Below, one piece after another: positions 1 through 7,992 of a DNA stretch of 64,000 nt; positions within the stretch are counted from its first letter, which is position 1; every line of letters begins with the position of its first letter. Below the pieces are notes generated by a model. It was given only the letters and a program-made list of their open reading frames with translations, made no database searches and was not told where the DNA came from. A program made the translations under genes and the position numbers. Origin of the DNA: a virus; IMG/VR virus record IMGVR_UViG_3300035660_000006. The stretch is one strand, 5' to 3'.

Positions 1-173
1 ACCTTTTCCTGCCTGTTTTCGGCACTCTCTGACTTCACTAATTCACTCGCAAATAGTGAAGTGCCTTTAAAATGAACTTAAATGGGTAAAAGGACAATCG
101 ATTTTAAAATGGCAGGAAATGGGCAAAAGAGTGGCAAATTTTGTGTCACTACTCTACAGAAAATCACCTAATT

Positions 174-192
174 CTTGTAGAAATTCTACAAG
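174..192. promoter_or_regulatory. perfect 9-1-9 palindrome CTTGTAGAA-A-TTCTACAAG (candidate operator)
   Basis: about 36 nt upstream of the ATG at 228, overlapping the TATA-like region. Confidence 0.45.
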
Positions 193-227
193 ATTGATAT
201 TTAAAGTTAAAAGTTTGATATTTACTT

Positions 228-422
228 ATGAGTAATAAAAGACCGAAAGGTTTGGAATGTTCGTTTAGTTTGGGTGGTGGGCAGTTTAGATTACTTATAC
301 CAAGAGATGTATCAAGGTATCTAAAAATGGTGAAAGATAGAAAATACGAGGCTATTATTGATGTTATTTCACTTAAAAGTTTTAAGGTAATTGTTAAAGA
401 AAGAAATGAGGTGATTTGGTGA
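228..422 (+). CDS. hypothetical small protein (64 aa)
   Basis: ORF with upstream AT-rich promoter-like region and a 9-1-9 palindrome about 40 nt upstream; no recognisable motif. Confidence 0.4.
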   Translation: MSNKRPKGLECSFSLGGGQFRLLIPRDVSRYLKMVKDRKYEAIIDVISLKSFKVIVKERNEVIW

Positions 423-631
423 AAACAAACTGGATTGTAAAAATTAAATATCCAAAAAAATTAGATAAAACAATTGACATTCCAATTCCAAAAGGATTAG
501 TAAAACAGATAATGAAAGATTTTAAAGTGAAAAATTGGAAAGAAATTGAATTAAAACAAACTTACAATAAAAAAAAGAAAGAAGTGAGAATTGACATTAA
601 AAAATTGAAAGATAAATGTGTTAAAAGTTAA
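416..631 (+). CDS. hypothetical lysine-rich small protein (71 aa)
   Basis: ORF overlapping the previous stop (translational coupling); very basic. Confidence 0.4.
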   Translation: MVKTNWIVKIKYPKKLDKTIDIPIPKGLVKQIMKDFKVKNWKEIELKQTYNKKKKEVRIDIKKLKDKCVKS

Positions 632-640
632 AAATCAAAC

Positions 641-970
641 ATGGTAACAATAAGAAGAGTTGATTTTGAAAATCTTATGATTGAAATTCCAGAAGATGAA
701 ACTCAACCAATTGTTGTAAACTGGATGGATAATAAAGGTAAAATAATTCATAATTTTAAAGTGGAAAATGAAGAATCCTTTGAAAATTTTATGAAAGAGT
801 TGTTTATTAAGGGTCAAAAAGAGGAAATTATGAAAAATATTTCTTTCGACAGAACAATATATCCGAGAGTTCCTATTCCTATAAAATGGTATCGAAAATT
901 AGGAAGTCCAAAAATTGTTAAGTTGGTTTTTGATGAAGTTAATGACAAGATTGAGATTGAAAGTAAATAA
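641..970 (+). CDS. hypothetical protein (109 aa)
   Basis: ORF in the same-strand operon; no motif recognised. Confidence 0.45.
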   Translation: MVTIRRVDFENLMIEIPEDETQPIVVNWMDNKGKIIHNFKVENEESFENFMKELFIKGQKEEIMKNISFDRTIYPRVPIPIKWYRKLGSPKIVKLVFDEVNDKIEIESK

Positions 971-1030
971 TTTTTCTATTTCTATTCCTATTTGTTAGAT
1001 ATTTAACATTAAACATATAACTTTCAAGAG

Positions 1031-1292
1031 AAACATCCAACGATATTATACAGCAATTAACATAAATCCAACGAAACATCACTGGATAAAATAAAATGCG
1101 AACAAGACATAATTACAATGCAATATTACGAAATATGATGACACAAGATAGCATCCGACTACATTGGATGATATACAACCCCAATAAAACAAAATAAAAT
1201 TGCATCCGACCAGATTATATACAACCAAATGTCATGGGATAATATTCCATGTAACCCCAATTTTATAATATGGGATGTGACAGGATTTGATA
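1031..1292. repeat. iteron-like array upstream of the wH gene: (C/A)ATCC(A/G)AC four times, GGATG inverted copies, GATGTG-ACAGGATTTGATA element
   Basis: direct reading: catccaac 1034, aatccaac 1065, catccgac 1152 and 1203; cactggat 1080; gacaggatttga 1279. Confidence 0.6.
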
Positions 1293-1322
1293 AAAATTAT
1301 ATTAAATAAAAAGAGGTGAAAT

Positions 1323-2141
1323 TTGATGAAATATGAGCCTGAAATAGAGGTAAAAGTCTTCTTAGCAATTCGTGAATTAGGAGAAGCGACTAAAGAAGAA
1401 GTTTTGGATTATTTGAAAGACCACGAAAAATTGACTCTTAATCCAAAAGATTTGAGTAGATATGTCGGCAGATGGAAATCAAAAAAAATAATAGCAGTTT
1501 CTTTTAAAGATGGAGAAACTGTCTATAAACTTGCCGATGTTCCTGCGTGGTATACATCAGGAATAATGGCTATTTGCAAAGGAACGACAAATACAGATAT
1601 GAGAGAAGCATTAGATGGATTAAATGAAAGAATAGTTAATGAAGGGAGAATAATTCAACCAAGAAGCCCATATTCTGACTTCCATTCCTTTAAATTGAAG
1701 TTTGAGACAATTGACAAAATACTTGGTGGTTGGAAGGGAGAGGAAGAAGGAAATCTTGTTTTTCCAAGAAGCGATGGAAAATTATTTGTTCCTTCCAATT
1801 GGTTTAAGGGTTGGATAAGAGATAACGCAGGATTGGTAAATTTAGTATCATCTGTGTGTTATCATTTGGGAATTGGTAATGGAAAATTTTTAAAAACACC
1901 AAAAATGGGATTTATTCAATTAAAAGTGAAAGTTGGGTTGGCAACCTATGAATATATAGAAAGTGGAAGCCCATTTGAAATAATTTTAAGATACCCAATG
2001 AAAGGAACAACTATAAAGAGTGAAGATGAACTAAAAAGTTTCTTCAAAATGTTAGAAGAAGCACCGATAAGAGGATTTGGTGCTAATCCATTTGCTCTTG
2101 GTGGAAGAATAAGACTTGTTGAAATGACTCCTATCCAATAG
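1323..2141 (+). CDS. winged-helix domain protein; candidate iteron-binding, replication or partition protein
   Basis: N-terminal wH-like segment (EVKVFLAIRELGEATKEEVLDYLK); gene flanked on both sides by iteron-like repeats; GGTGA RBS 6 nt upstream; glycine-rich C-terminal loop GFGANPFALGG. Confidence 0.55.
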   Translation: MMKYEPEIEVKVFLAIRELGEATKEEVLDYLKDHEKLTLNPKDLSRYVGRWKSKKIIAVSFKDGETVYKLADVPAWYTSGIMAICKGTTNTDMREALDGLNERIVNEGRIIQPRSPYSDFHSFKLKFETIDKILGGWKGEEEGNLVFPRSDGKLFVPSNWFKGWIRDNAGLVNLVSSVCYHLGIGNGKFLKTPKMGFIQLKVKVGLATYEYIESGSPFEIILRYPMKGTTIKSEDELKSFFKMLEEAPIRGFGANPFALGGRIRLVEMTPIQ

Positions 2142-2239
2142 AAAAGCGAACCTTTTTATTTTTTCTTTTTCTTATTTTTTAATATAAAAACCATTTTATT
2201 TCATCACATATTATTTTATCACATACGATAATAAATTAT

Positions 2240-2700
2240 TATATTTGATTCGATATGATGAAATACTACCCTATTTGATGTCCCCACACAGGATTCGATA
2301 GAACCAAATACTATGTTATGTTTTGTCATTAAATATGACGATACAGTAATAGATTTTTATTTAACTTTATGCGATGAAATTAAATGGTATATCAAACACA
2401 TAATACTCTACAAAAACAAGATGCTATGGCAAATAACAAGACAAGATAGAATGTTATTACACCCCAATCATATTCTATTTCATTGAATCGCATATTTACT
2501 TACTCTATTTGACAAACTGATACACCATAAAATTTCCCCAAAACAATATTTTACCTCATAAAATTAGATTTCATCGTATGCGATGTCACGAGATTAGATT
2601 TAACATCATTTAATGTTACTGAATGCGACAGGATTTGACTACATTCAATTGCATCAGACTGCACTGGATGGGATTAGATGTTATTTTACCTAATTTTTTT
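2240..2700. repeat. iteron-like array downstream of the wH gene: ACAGGATTYGA twice, GATTAGAT, TGCGATG repeats, CACTGGATG
   Basis: gatgtccccacacaggattcgata (2277-2300) parallels gatgtgacaggatttgata (1274-1292); gcgacaggatttga 2625; gcactggatgg 2661. Confidence 0.6.
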
Positions 2701-2741
2701 CTCTTTTTTCAACTTTAAAAGTCTAACATTCTAAATATCTA

Positions 2742-3104
2742 TTGATAAAAATGTATATTGGAAGAAGGGGTGGGAAGCGACCTTCCATAATAGAGTGCCA
2801 GAGTTGTGGTTATGTAATCGAGTTTCACAACTACAGGTGTGGTTCTATGGGAAGCCAGAGGAAGGAAATCAATTGCCCCAAGTGTAAATTCAAGAATGTC
2901 ATAAATTCAAAAACAAATATAAAGGTGAAAAAGATGGATAAAAACGATTTCAATAATATAATAAAAACTCTTGAAGATTTTTTCAATGAGAGAATACTGC
3001 AACTTGGTGAGCAGAAAGATATTGAAAAGATGAGAAGATTCATGAGACAGATGGATGCTGTGATGTTCTTTCTGGCAGACATAAGAGACAGCCTTGACAA
3101 ATAG
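2742..3104 (+). CDS. zinc-ribbon protein (120 aa)
   Basis: CxxC...CxxC pairs (CQSCGY / CPKCKF). Confidence 0.5.
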   Translation: MIKMYIGRRGGKRPSIIECQSCGYVIEFHNYRCGSMGSQRKEINCPKCKFKNVINSKTNIKVKKMDKNDFNNIIKTLEDFFNERILQLGEQKDIEKMRRFMRQMDAVMFFLADIRDSLDK

Positions 3105-3106
3105 GT

Positions 3107-3316
3107 GTGCAAATGAAAGAGAAAGTTGACAGGCAGAAAAAAATGTTTGTCAGGGATATTTCAATTTACACAAACAATGGATACTCTGTTTCCACTGAAG
3201 TTATGAGAGAAGTGAAAAAATCATTGGTAAAAGAAACTACAACAATTGTTGATAAAAAAACAGGGAAAAAAGTTGCAAAGTTAGTAATAAGTTACGAGCC
3301 TATACATTTGGATTAA
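3107..3316 (+). CDS. hypothetical small protein
   Basis: ORF, coupled to its neighbours. Confidence 0.4.
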   Translation: MQMKEKVDRQKKMFVRDISIYTNNGYSVSTEVMREVKKSLVKETTTIVDKKTGKKVAKLVISYEPIHLD

Positions 3317-3325
3317 GGTGGAAAA

Positions 3326-3547
3326 GTGAATAATATGTTCATTTACAGATGTCCGATGTGCAAGAAATTGAGGTTCAAATCTAACAATGATATGTTTGGT
3401 TGTATCACAAAAAAAGGAGAATTAGTTGATTTTAGAATATGTTCCAGATGCAAGAAAGATAACCTTCGCTTGATAATGACAGACCCAGTAAAGTTTCATA
3501 AAAAAATTAATAAGATTCTTGAGGGAAAATTAAATGGAATGTCCTAA
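3326..3547 (+). CDS. zinc-ribbon protein (73 aa)
   Basis: CPMCKK...CSRCKK; AGGTGGAAAAGTGAA RBS-like leader. Confidence 0.5.
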   Translation: MNNMFIYRCPMCKKLRFKSNNDMFGCITKKGELVDFRICSRCKKDNLRLIMTDPVKFHKKINKILEGKLNGMS

Positions 3548-3932
3548 ATGTGGAAGTAAAAATATTGGTGCTATTGAAAATAAAGAAAATGGGCAGATAA
3601 TTCAATGTAATGATTGTGGTAAAGATTGGTTTGAAGAATATTCGGTGAAAAATTTAAGAAAAAGAAAAATACGACACAAATGGAGAGAAATACCACCCAT
3701 GATGATGATTGCAATCATAATTGTATTTATTCTCTTGATAGACACAATCTGTAATCTTTCATTAAGATTGCCGAGAGAATATGAAAAACCTTGTGCCTTC
3801 CTATGCATAGACCATAACATGACTTATGATGGTGGTAATAATTTTTTGCATGGTGGGAAAGGTTGTGTGGTCTGCCACTGCAAAAGTGGAGATTATACAA
3901 GGTTGACTGTGCCGATAGTTTGTAGTGATTGA
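3534..3932 (+). CDS. zinc-ribbon plus transmembrane, Cys-rich protein (132 aa)
   Basis: CPKCGS...CNDCGK N-terminal ribbon, central hydrophobic segment, Cys-rich tail. Confidence 0.5.
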   Translation: MECPKCGSKNIGAIENKENGQIIQCNDCGKDWFEEYSVKNLRKRKIRHKWREIPPMMMIAIIIVFILLIDTICNLSLRLPREYEKPCAFLCIDHNMTYDGGNNFLHGGKGCVVCHCKSGDYTRLTVPIVCSD

Positions 3933-4281
3933 AATGACAAAAGAATCTAAGGTAGTTGTTGGAAGTCCTAAAATATGCAGACCGACAGACAAAGAAATGA
4001 CTTGCGAAGATTGTGGGAAGAATTGCTACTTCTCGGATAATTGGAACTTTGATGTTATGGATAAAGTAATCTGCCTCAATTGTTATCTTGAAAAATATCA
4101 AAACAAGAAAGGAATCAAGATAGGAGTTCATGAAGAGACTATTAAAAATATCGCTAAAATCAAGGGGATAGAAGAGTGGGAATCAAATCTGCTGGTTAGG
4201 AAAATAATGGATAAATCAGGGGAGAAGAAAGAGTTGATTATCACAAAGGATAAAAAATTAATTAAAGGTGGTAAGAAATGA
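3925..4281 (+). CDS. Cys-rich zinc-binding protein (118 aa)
   Basis: CEDCGKNC...CLNC. Confidence 0.45.
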   Translation: MIEMTKESKVVVGSPKICRPTDKEMTCEDCGKNCYFSDNWNFDVMDKVICLNCYLEKYQNKKGIKIGVHEETIKNIAKIKGIEEWESNLLVRKIMDKSGEKKELIITKDKKLIKGGKK

Positions 4282-4427
4282 AATATGATACATTTTTTTG
4301 TATTTGGATTGTGGTAGTGTTTTTGTTAACATTAGCATTGTCAGATTCATTTACAAAATTTATGGCAATTTTTAGTTTGATAATGTCAAGTTTTTTTATG
4401 GGCATGAGAAATGTGGTGATAAAATAA

Positions 4428-4955
4428 ATGATTTCTATTCCTATGGAAGGGTGGAGTGATTTCTTTTTTTGTTTAGTCGCTTTCTTCTTTCATGAAGTTG
4501 GTCATATCTGGATGGCTAAAAGTAGGGGAGTATATCTCAAAACAACAGCATGGAAATTGTTTGGATTTATTCCGATAGGTGCTTTGGTTTGGATTGACAA
4601 GAACAAAGCAACAATTCAAGACCAATTGGATGTGTCAAGTGCTGGTATTTGGGTGGGTCTCCCATTCACTTTATTGATGTTTAATCCGAAACTTTTTTTC
4701 AGTGTCTATATGATTGCTTGTTGTGTTGATGTCTTTGCGATAGTTTTGCTATCAATATTTATTATTCTTGGGTTGCCGAGATTTATGACAATCAACGAAG
4801 CAGGAAGAAGATATGATTTTAGCATAAGTTGGAGAGGAATTAAATTGAAGGATAAATCACAAACAACTGGAGTGGTAAAGAGGGGGTCATCCATCCCTGC
4901 ACCTGCCACGAAAGTTGGTGAAAAACATGGTCGTAAAGATAAAAATAATATGTAA
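4428..4955 (+). CDS. integral membrane protein with HExxH motif (possible M50/S2P-like metalloprotease)
   Basis: FHEVGHIW inside a predicted TM helix; multiple hydrophobic segments. Confidence 0.45.
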   Translation: MISIPMEGWSDFFFCLVAFFFHEVGHIWMAKSRGVYLKTTAWKLFGFIPIGALVWIDKNKATIQDQLDVSSAGIWVGLPFTLLMFNPKLFFSVYMIACCVDVFAIVLLSIFIILGLPRFMTINEAGRRYDFSISWRGIKLKDKSQTTGVVKRGSSIPAPATKVGEKHGRKDKNNM

Positions 4956-5082
4956 AAATAGTTACTGTGGGAGAAGAACAACAATTTTAACCAGAGTTAA
5001 TTTTGAAGAGAATTCCTATTTTTGCCCACATTGTGGTTATGGGGACACAAAAATCGAGCAGGTAAAATAGACTATTTATAGA

Positions 5083-5409
5083 CTACTTTAATTTCTTCAA
5101 GTCTCTTCTTAACTGCTTGATGAAAACCTTAGTCACATTCTTCTCTTCTTCTTTCAAGAAGCCTCTTGCTCTGGGCAAACTACCAAACTTCTTCCTGTAG
5201 AATTGAAGTTCTTTCTCTTGTGCTTTGTTATGGGAGAACTTGTATGTGTTTCCTTTCTTTAGCCACTCCCTTTCTTCAATCTCATGGACTGCAATACCTT
5301 CCTTGAATTTTTTTGGCATACGCTTGTCTATGTAAATTGTCTTTTCAATCTCGCTGATGTCTCCAATTGTTGGCATACTCAACGAAGTGGAAATTTTATA
5401 ACCATGCAT
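5083..5409 (-). CDS. hypothetical basic protein (108 aa)
   Basis: ORF on minus strand; palindromic promoter motif immediately upstream (5429-5446). Confidence 0.45.
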   Translation of the reverse strand: MHGYKISTSLSMPTIGDISEIEKTIYIDKRMPKKFKEGIAVHEIEEREWLKKGNTYKFSHNKAQEKELQFYRKKFGSLPRARGFLKEEEKNVTKVFIKQLRRDLKKLK

Positions 5410-5454
5410 ACTGTGATATTTTAACTTTTAAAATATTTAAATATTTTGGAAAAA

Positions 5455-5670
5455 TTACTTTTCTTCTTCATAAAAAACATATTTACTTATTTTTTCCATT
5501 TCTCGTAAGAGTTCATTTAATTCTTCTTCTGGAAGTCCTTTATCTTGATTTTCAAATGAGAATGTGGTTATTAAATTTATTTTATGAATTTTTGACAACT
5601 CATTTATCTTAGTTGAAATATCTAATAATATTTTCTTGTTTTGTGGAATGTTTTTAATTTCAAATATCAT
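5455..5670 (-). CDS. hypothetical protein
   Basis: ORF. Confidence 0.35.
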   Translation of the reverse strand: MIFEIKNIPQNKKILLDISTKINELSKIHKINLITTFSFENQDKGLPEEELNELLREMEKISKYVFYEEEK

Positions 5671-5873
5671 TCACTTGCACCTAAAATTTTCTTAATCTCA
5701 TTTAAATGAAGATTAATTATCTTAACTTTGTTTTTTTTGTCTTTGCTATAATTTATTTCAGCAATTGTTCTATCTATAACTCTCCAGAGTGGTTCTTTCT
5801 CATTTTGTTTCATACCTAATAATTTTTCCTTGAGTTTTTCTGGAATTCGTATGAGTTTTAAATTATAAGGCAT
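5667..5873 (-). CDS. hypothetical protein
   Basis: ORF; start faces the AT-rich divergent intergenic region. Confidence 0.4.
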   Translation of the reverse strand: MPYNLKLIRIPEKLKEKLLGMKQNEKEPLWRVIDRTIAEINYSKDKKNKVKIINLHLNEIKKILGASE

Positions 5874-6051
5874 TATGTTGTTATGAACAAGTAGATATAA
5901 ATATGTTACAATGATGTATACACTTTGAAAAAAAAACTAAAGGTCAAATTCCAAAAGCGTTTCTAATATCTTTACTATCTTTAATAAAGATAATAAAGAC
6001 CATTTTGGAATTCAAGTATAGTAAAGTATAGTATATATGTATACATATTAC

Positions 6052-6072
6052 ACTACTACTACTACTACTACT
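6052..6072. repeat. (ACT)7 microsatellite
   Basis: actactactactactactact, read directly from the sequence. Confidence 0.8.
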
Positions 6073-6492
6073 ATAGACGACAAACTTTTTTTTATTTTTA
6101 CTACTAAAAAATGATTAAAAATTTTATCGACTATAAAAAAGTTCCCCTAATAACAGTGTTATAAATTACGAATCACGAAAACGAGGAGATTAAGTATCTC
6201 TAACACACAAAAACCCAAAGTATAACAAAAGGGTGTTTATGTAACATATTTGTCACCACTTAAAAATAATTAAATTTAATTTTTCCCTCTTTAATTTTTA
6301 TTTTTGTTTATATTGTAATGTATAGATATTAATGTAAAATTTTTTGCAGATTAAAAAATCATAACAACACCATTATATTTTTAAAATTAAAAGTTTAAAG
6401 TTGAAAATAAAAACACTACTTAAAAATGAAAACATAATTTTGAGTTATTACTTAAAAGTGAACTTGTTATATTAAAGATAATAAAGATAATT

Positions 6493-7677
6493 TTGAAAAT
6501 AAAGATAACTTATATAGTAAAATATACTAAATCCTTATTAACTGACTTTCACAAAATTTTTCCTATGTTCTCACAATTTCATTTGATTGGCGACCCCTTC
6601 TTCAAAAGGAAAGTGAACGATGAATATGATTTTGATTCCCAACCTTTTATACCCACACAAACAGTTGAAACAATTTGTGGGGAAATAGATTATACTTTAC
6701 AGTTTAAAGAAGAATTTTTTGAGAGTTTATTAGGTGATAGGGGAACTGGTAAGACAAGTTCACTTGTCTACTTTAAAAATTATATTGAGAAACATAGCAA
6801 GAAAAACAATAAAAAAACACTTGTTGTTTATGTAAACGAAGATTTTGACAAACTTTTCGGAAATTTTTTCACCATCAATCGTCTTTTAACTGGTTCTTTT
6901 TTAAATATAAAAAATGAAAATGAGGCAGAAAAAAACACTAAAGAAGAGATAGAAAAATATTATAGTGTATATTTTCTTTTTGACATACCTGAAGATGTTA
7001 GTGATTTGAAGGAATTTAAAGAATTTGGGAAGTTGTTGGATTTTATTTTGAGAAATCATTGTGGCTCTATTATTATTTCTATGAACAGAAATCACTACAA
7101 TAAATTATGTAGTGTAACTAATATTGTTGGTGTAGACGCAAAAATAACAACTCGTGATGTTGAAAAAGATTTTAATGAAAATTTAATGTTAAAAATAACA
7201 TTATTAAGATTAAAAATGTTCAGGGAAAATGGTTATCAGGATGACAACTACTTTCCATTCACTATTGATGCTTTGCGTTTGATTGCAAATTTTTCAAATA
7301 ATATCCCAAGAAACTTTTTAATGGCTTGTAGGACTTGTTTGTGTGAAGCAGACAAAAAAGATGTAAATATTATTGATGAAAATTTTGTCGAGAAAAATTT
7401 AAAAATAACATTCGCAACGCAGATAATAGAGAGTCAAGTAAAAGATATAGGGGAAAGGAGAATATATTTTGTGATTTATGAATGCCTTAAAAACAACTTT
7501 TCTTCCAAATGTGAAGACATTCAAAAATTATTCACTAAATTACAGGAAAAGGAAACATTCCCAATGTCATATCCATCCCTAATACATAGAATAAGAAAAA
7601 TGAACGATTGGGGAATTTTAAATACCGAAAGAAATTTTAAGACACCGAGAGGCAAGTCAATCGAGGTGATTGTATGA
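6493..7677 (+). CDS. AAA+ ATPase, Orc1/Cdc6-like candidate replication initiator
   Basis: Walker A GDRGTGKTS; Walker-B-like FLFDIPED; sensor-1-like IIISMNRN; about 390 aa; immediately upstream of MCM; real start probably downstream of 6493. Confidence 0.55.
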   Translation: MKIKITYIVKYTKSLLTDFHKIFPMFSQFHLIGDPFFKRKVNDEYDFDSQPFIPTQTVETICGEIDYTLQFKEEFFESLLGDRGTGKTSSLVYFKNYIEKHSKKNNKKTLVVYVNEDFDKLFGNFFTINRLLTGSFLNIKNENEAEKNTKEEIEKYYSVYFLFDIPEDVSDLKEFKEFGKLLDFILRNHCGSIIISMNRNHYNKLCSVTNIVGVDAKITTRDVEKDFNENLMLKITLLRLKMFRENGYQDDNYFPFTIDALRLIANFSNNIPRNFLMACRTCLCEADKKDVNIIDENFVEKNLKITFATQIIESQVKDIGERRIYFVIYECLKNNFSSKCEDIQKLFTKLQEKETFPMSYPSLIHRIRKMNDWGILNTERNFKTPRGKSIEVIV

Positions 7678-7991
7678 AAAAAATTTTTGAGCCAGTAAAA
7701 CTAACAGAAACACAGAAAACGATTATGAATCAAGAAGTAATATCATTCAAGGGATTGCAGGACATCGTAAGTGGAAAATTGGACTTCATGGATATGACAG
7801 ATTACATGATTATGGACTATCTGGCTAAAAAAGAGAGAATGGTTTTTTTGAAAATAAAAACAATTGAGAATGAGATAAAAATGTTTAATGAGGCAGTTGA
7901 TATATCGACAAATCTGGGGGTGTTTCAAAACATCAATGGAGAGCCATTAAAAAAAATTGAACTGCAAATCACCAAAGAATATGTAAGGTAA
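7674..7991 (+). CDS. hypothetical protein (105 aa)
   Basis: ORF overlapping the stop of the ATPase gene. Confidence 0.45.
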   Translation: MKKIFEPVKLTETQKTIMNQEVISFKGLQDIVSGKLDFMDMTDYMIMDYLAKKERMVFLKIKTIENEIKMFNEAVDISTNLGVFQNINGEPLKKIELQITKEYVR

Positions 7992-7992
7992 G

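Noticed and set aside
635-817. Short antisense ORFs throughout (e.g. 635-817, 2831-3112, 3602-4131, 8308-9626, 11516-11779, 16497-17478, 25047-25623, 35178-35441, 43069-43388, 58590-59157)
   Set aside because: They overlap much longer, motif-bearing or RBS-preceded ORFs on the other strand. They lack GGTGA RBS and have AT-rich low-complexity translations (poly-F/I/L), typical of shadow ORFs in AT-rich DNA.
1323-2141. Cas6-like RAMP (because of the glycine-rich GFGANPFALGG loop near the C-terminus)
   Set aside because: No CRISPR array is anywhere in the window, the G-loop spacing is off by one, and the N-terminal wH is atypical for Cas6. The flanking irregular iterons are not CRISPR repeats.
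6493-6564. Annotated ORF start at 6493 (MKIKITYIVKY...)
   Set aside because: The first about 24 codons run through the AT-rich repeat (TAAAGATAATAAAGAT) and have no RBS. The real start is more likely an internal Met (about 6565, MFSQFHLIG). The ORF-track coordinates are kept in the feature list for simplicity.
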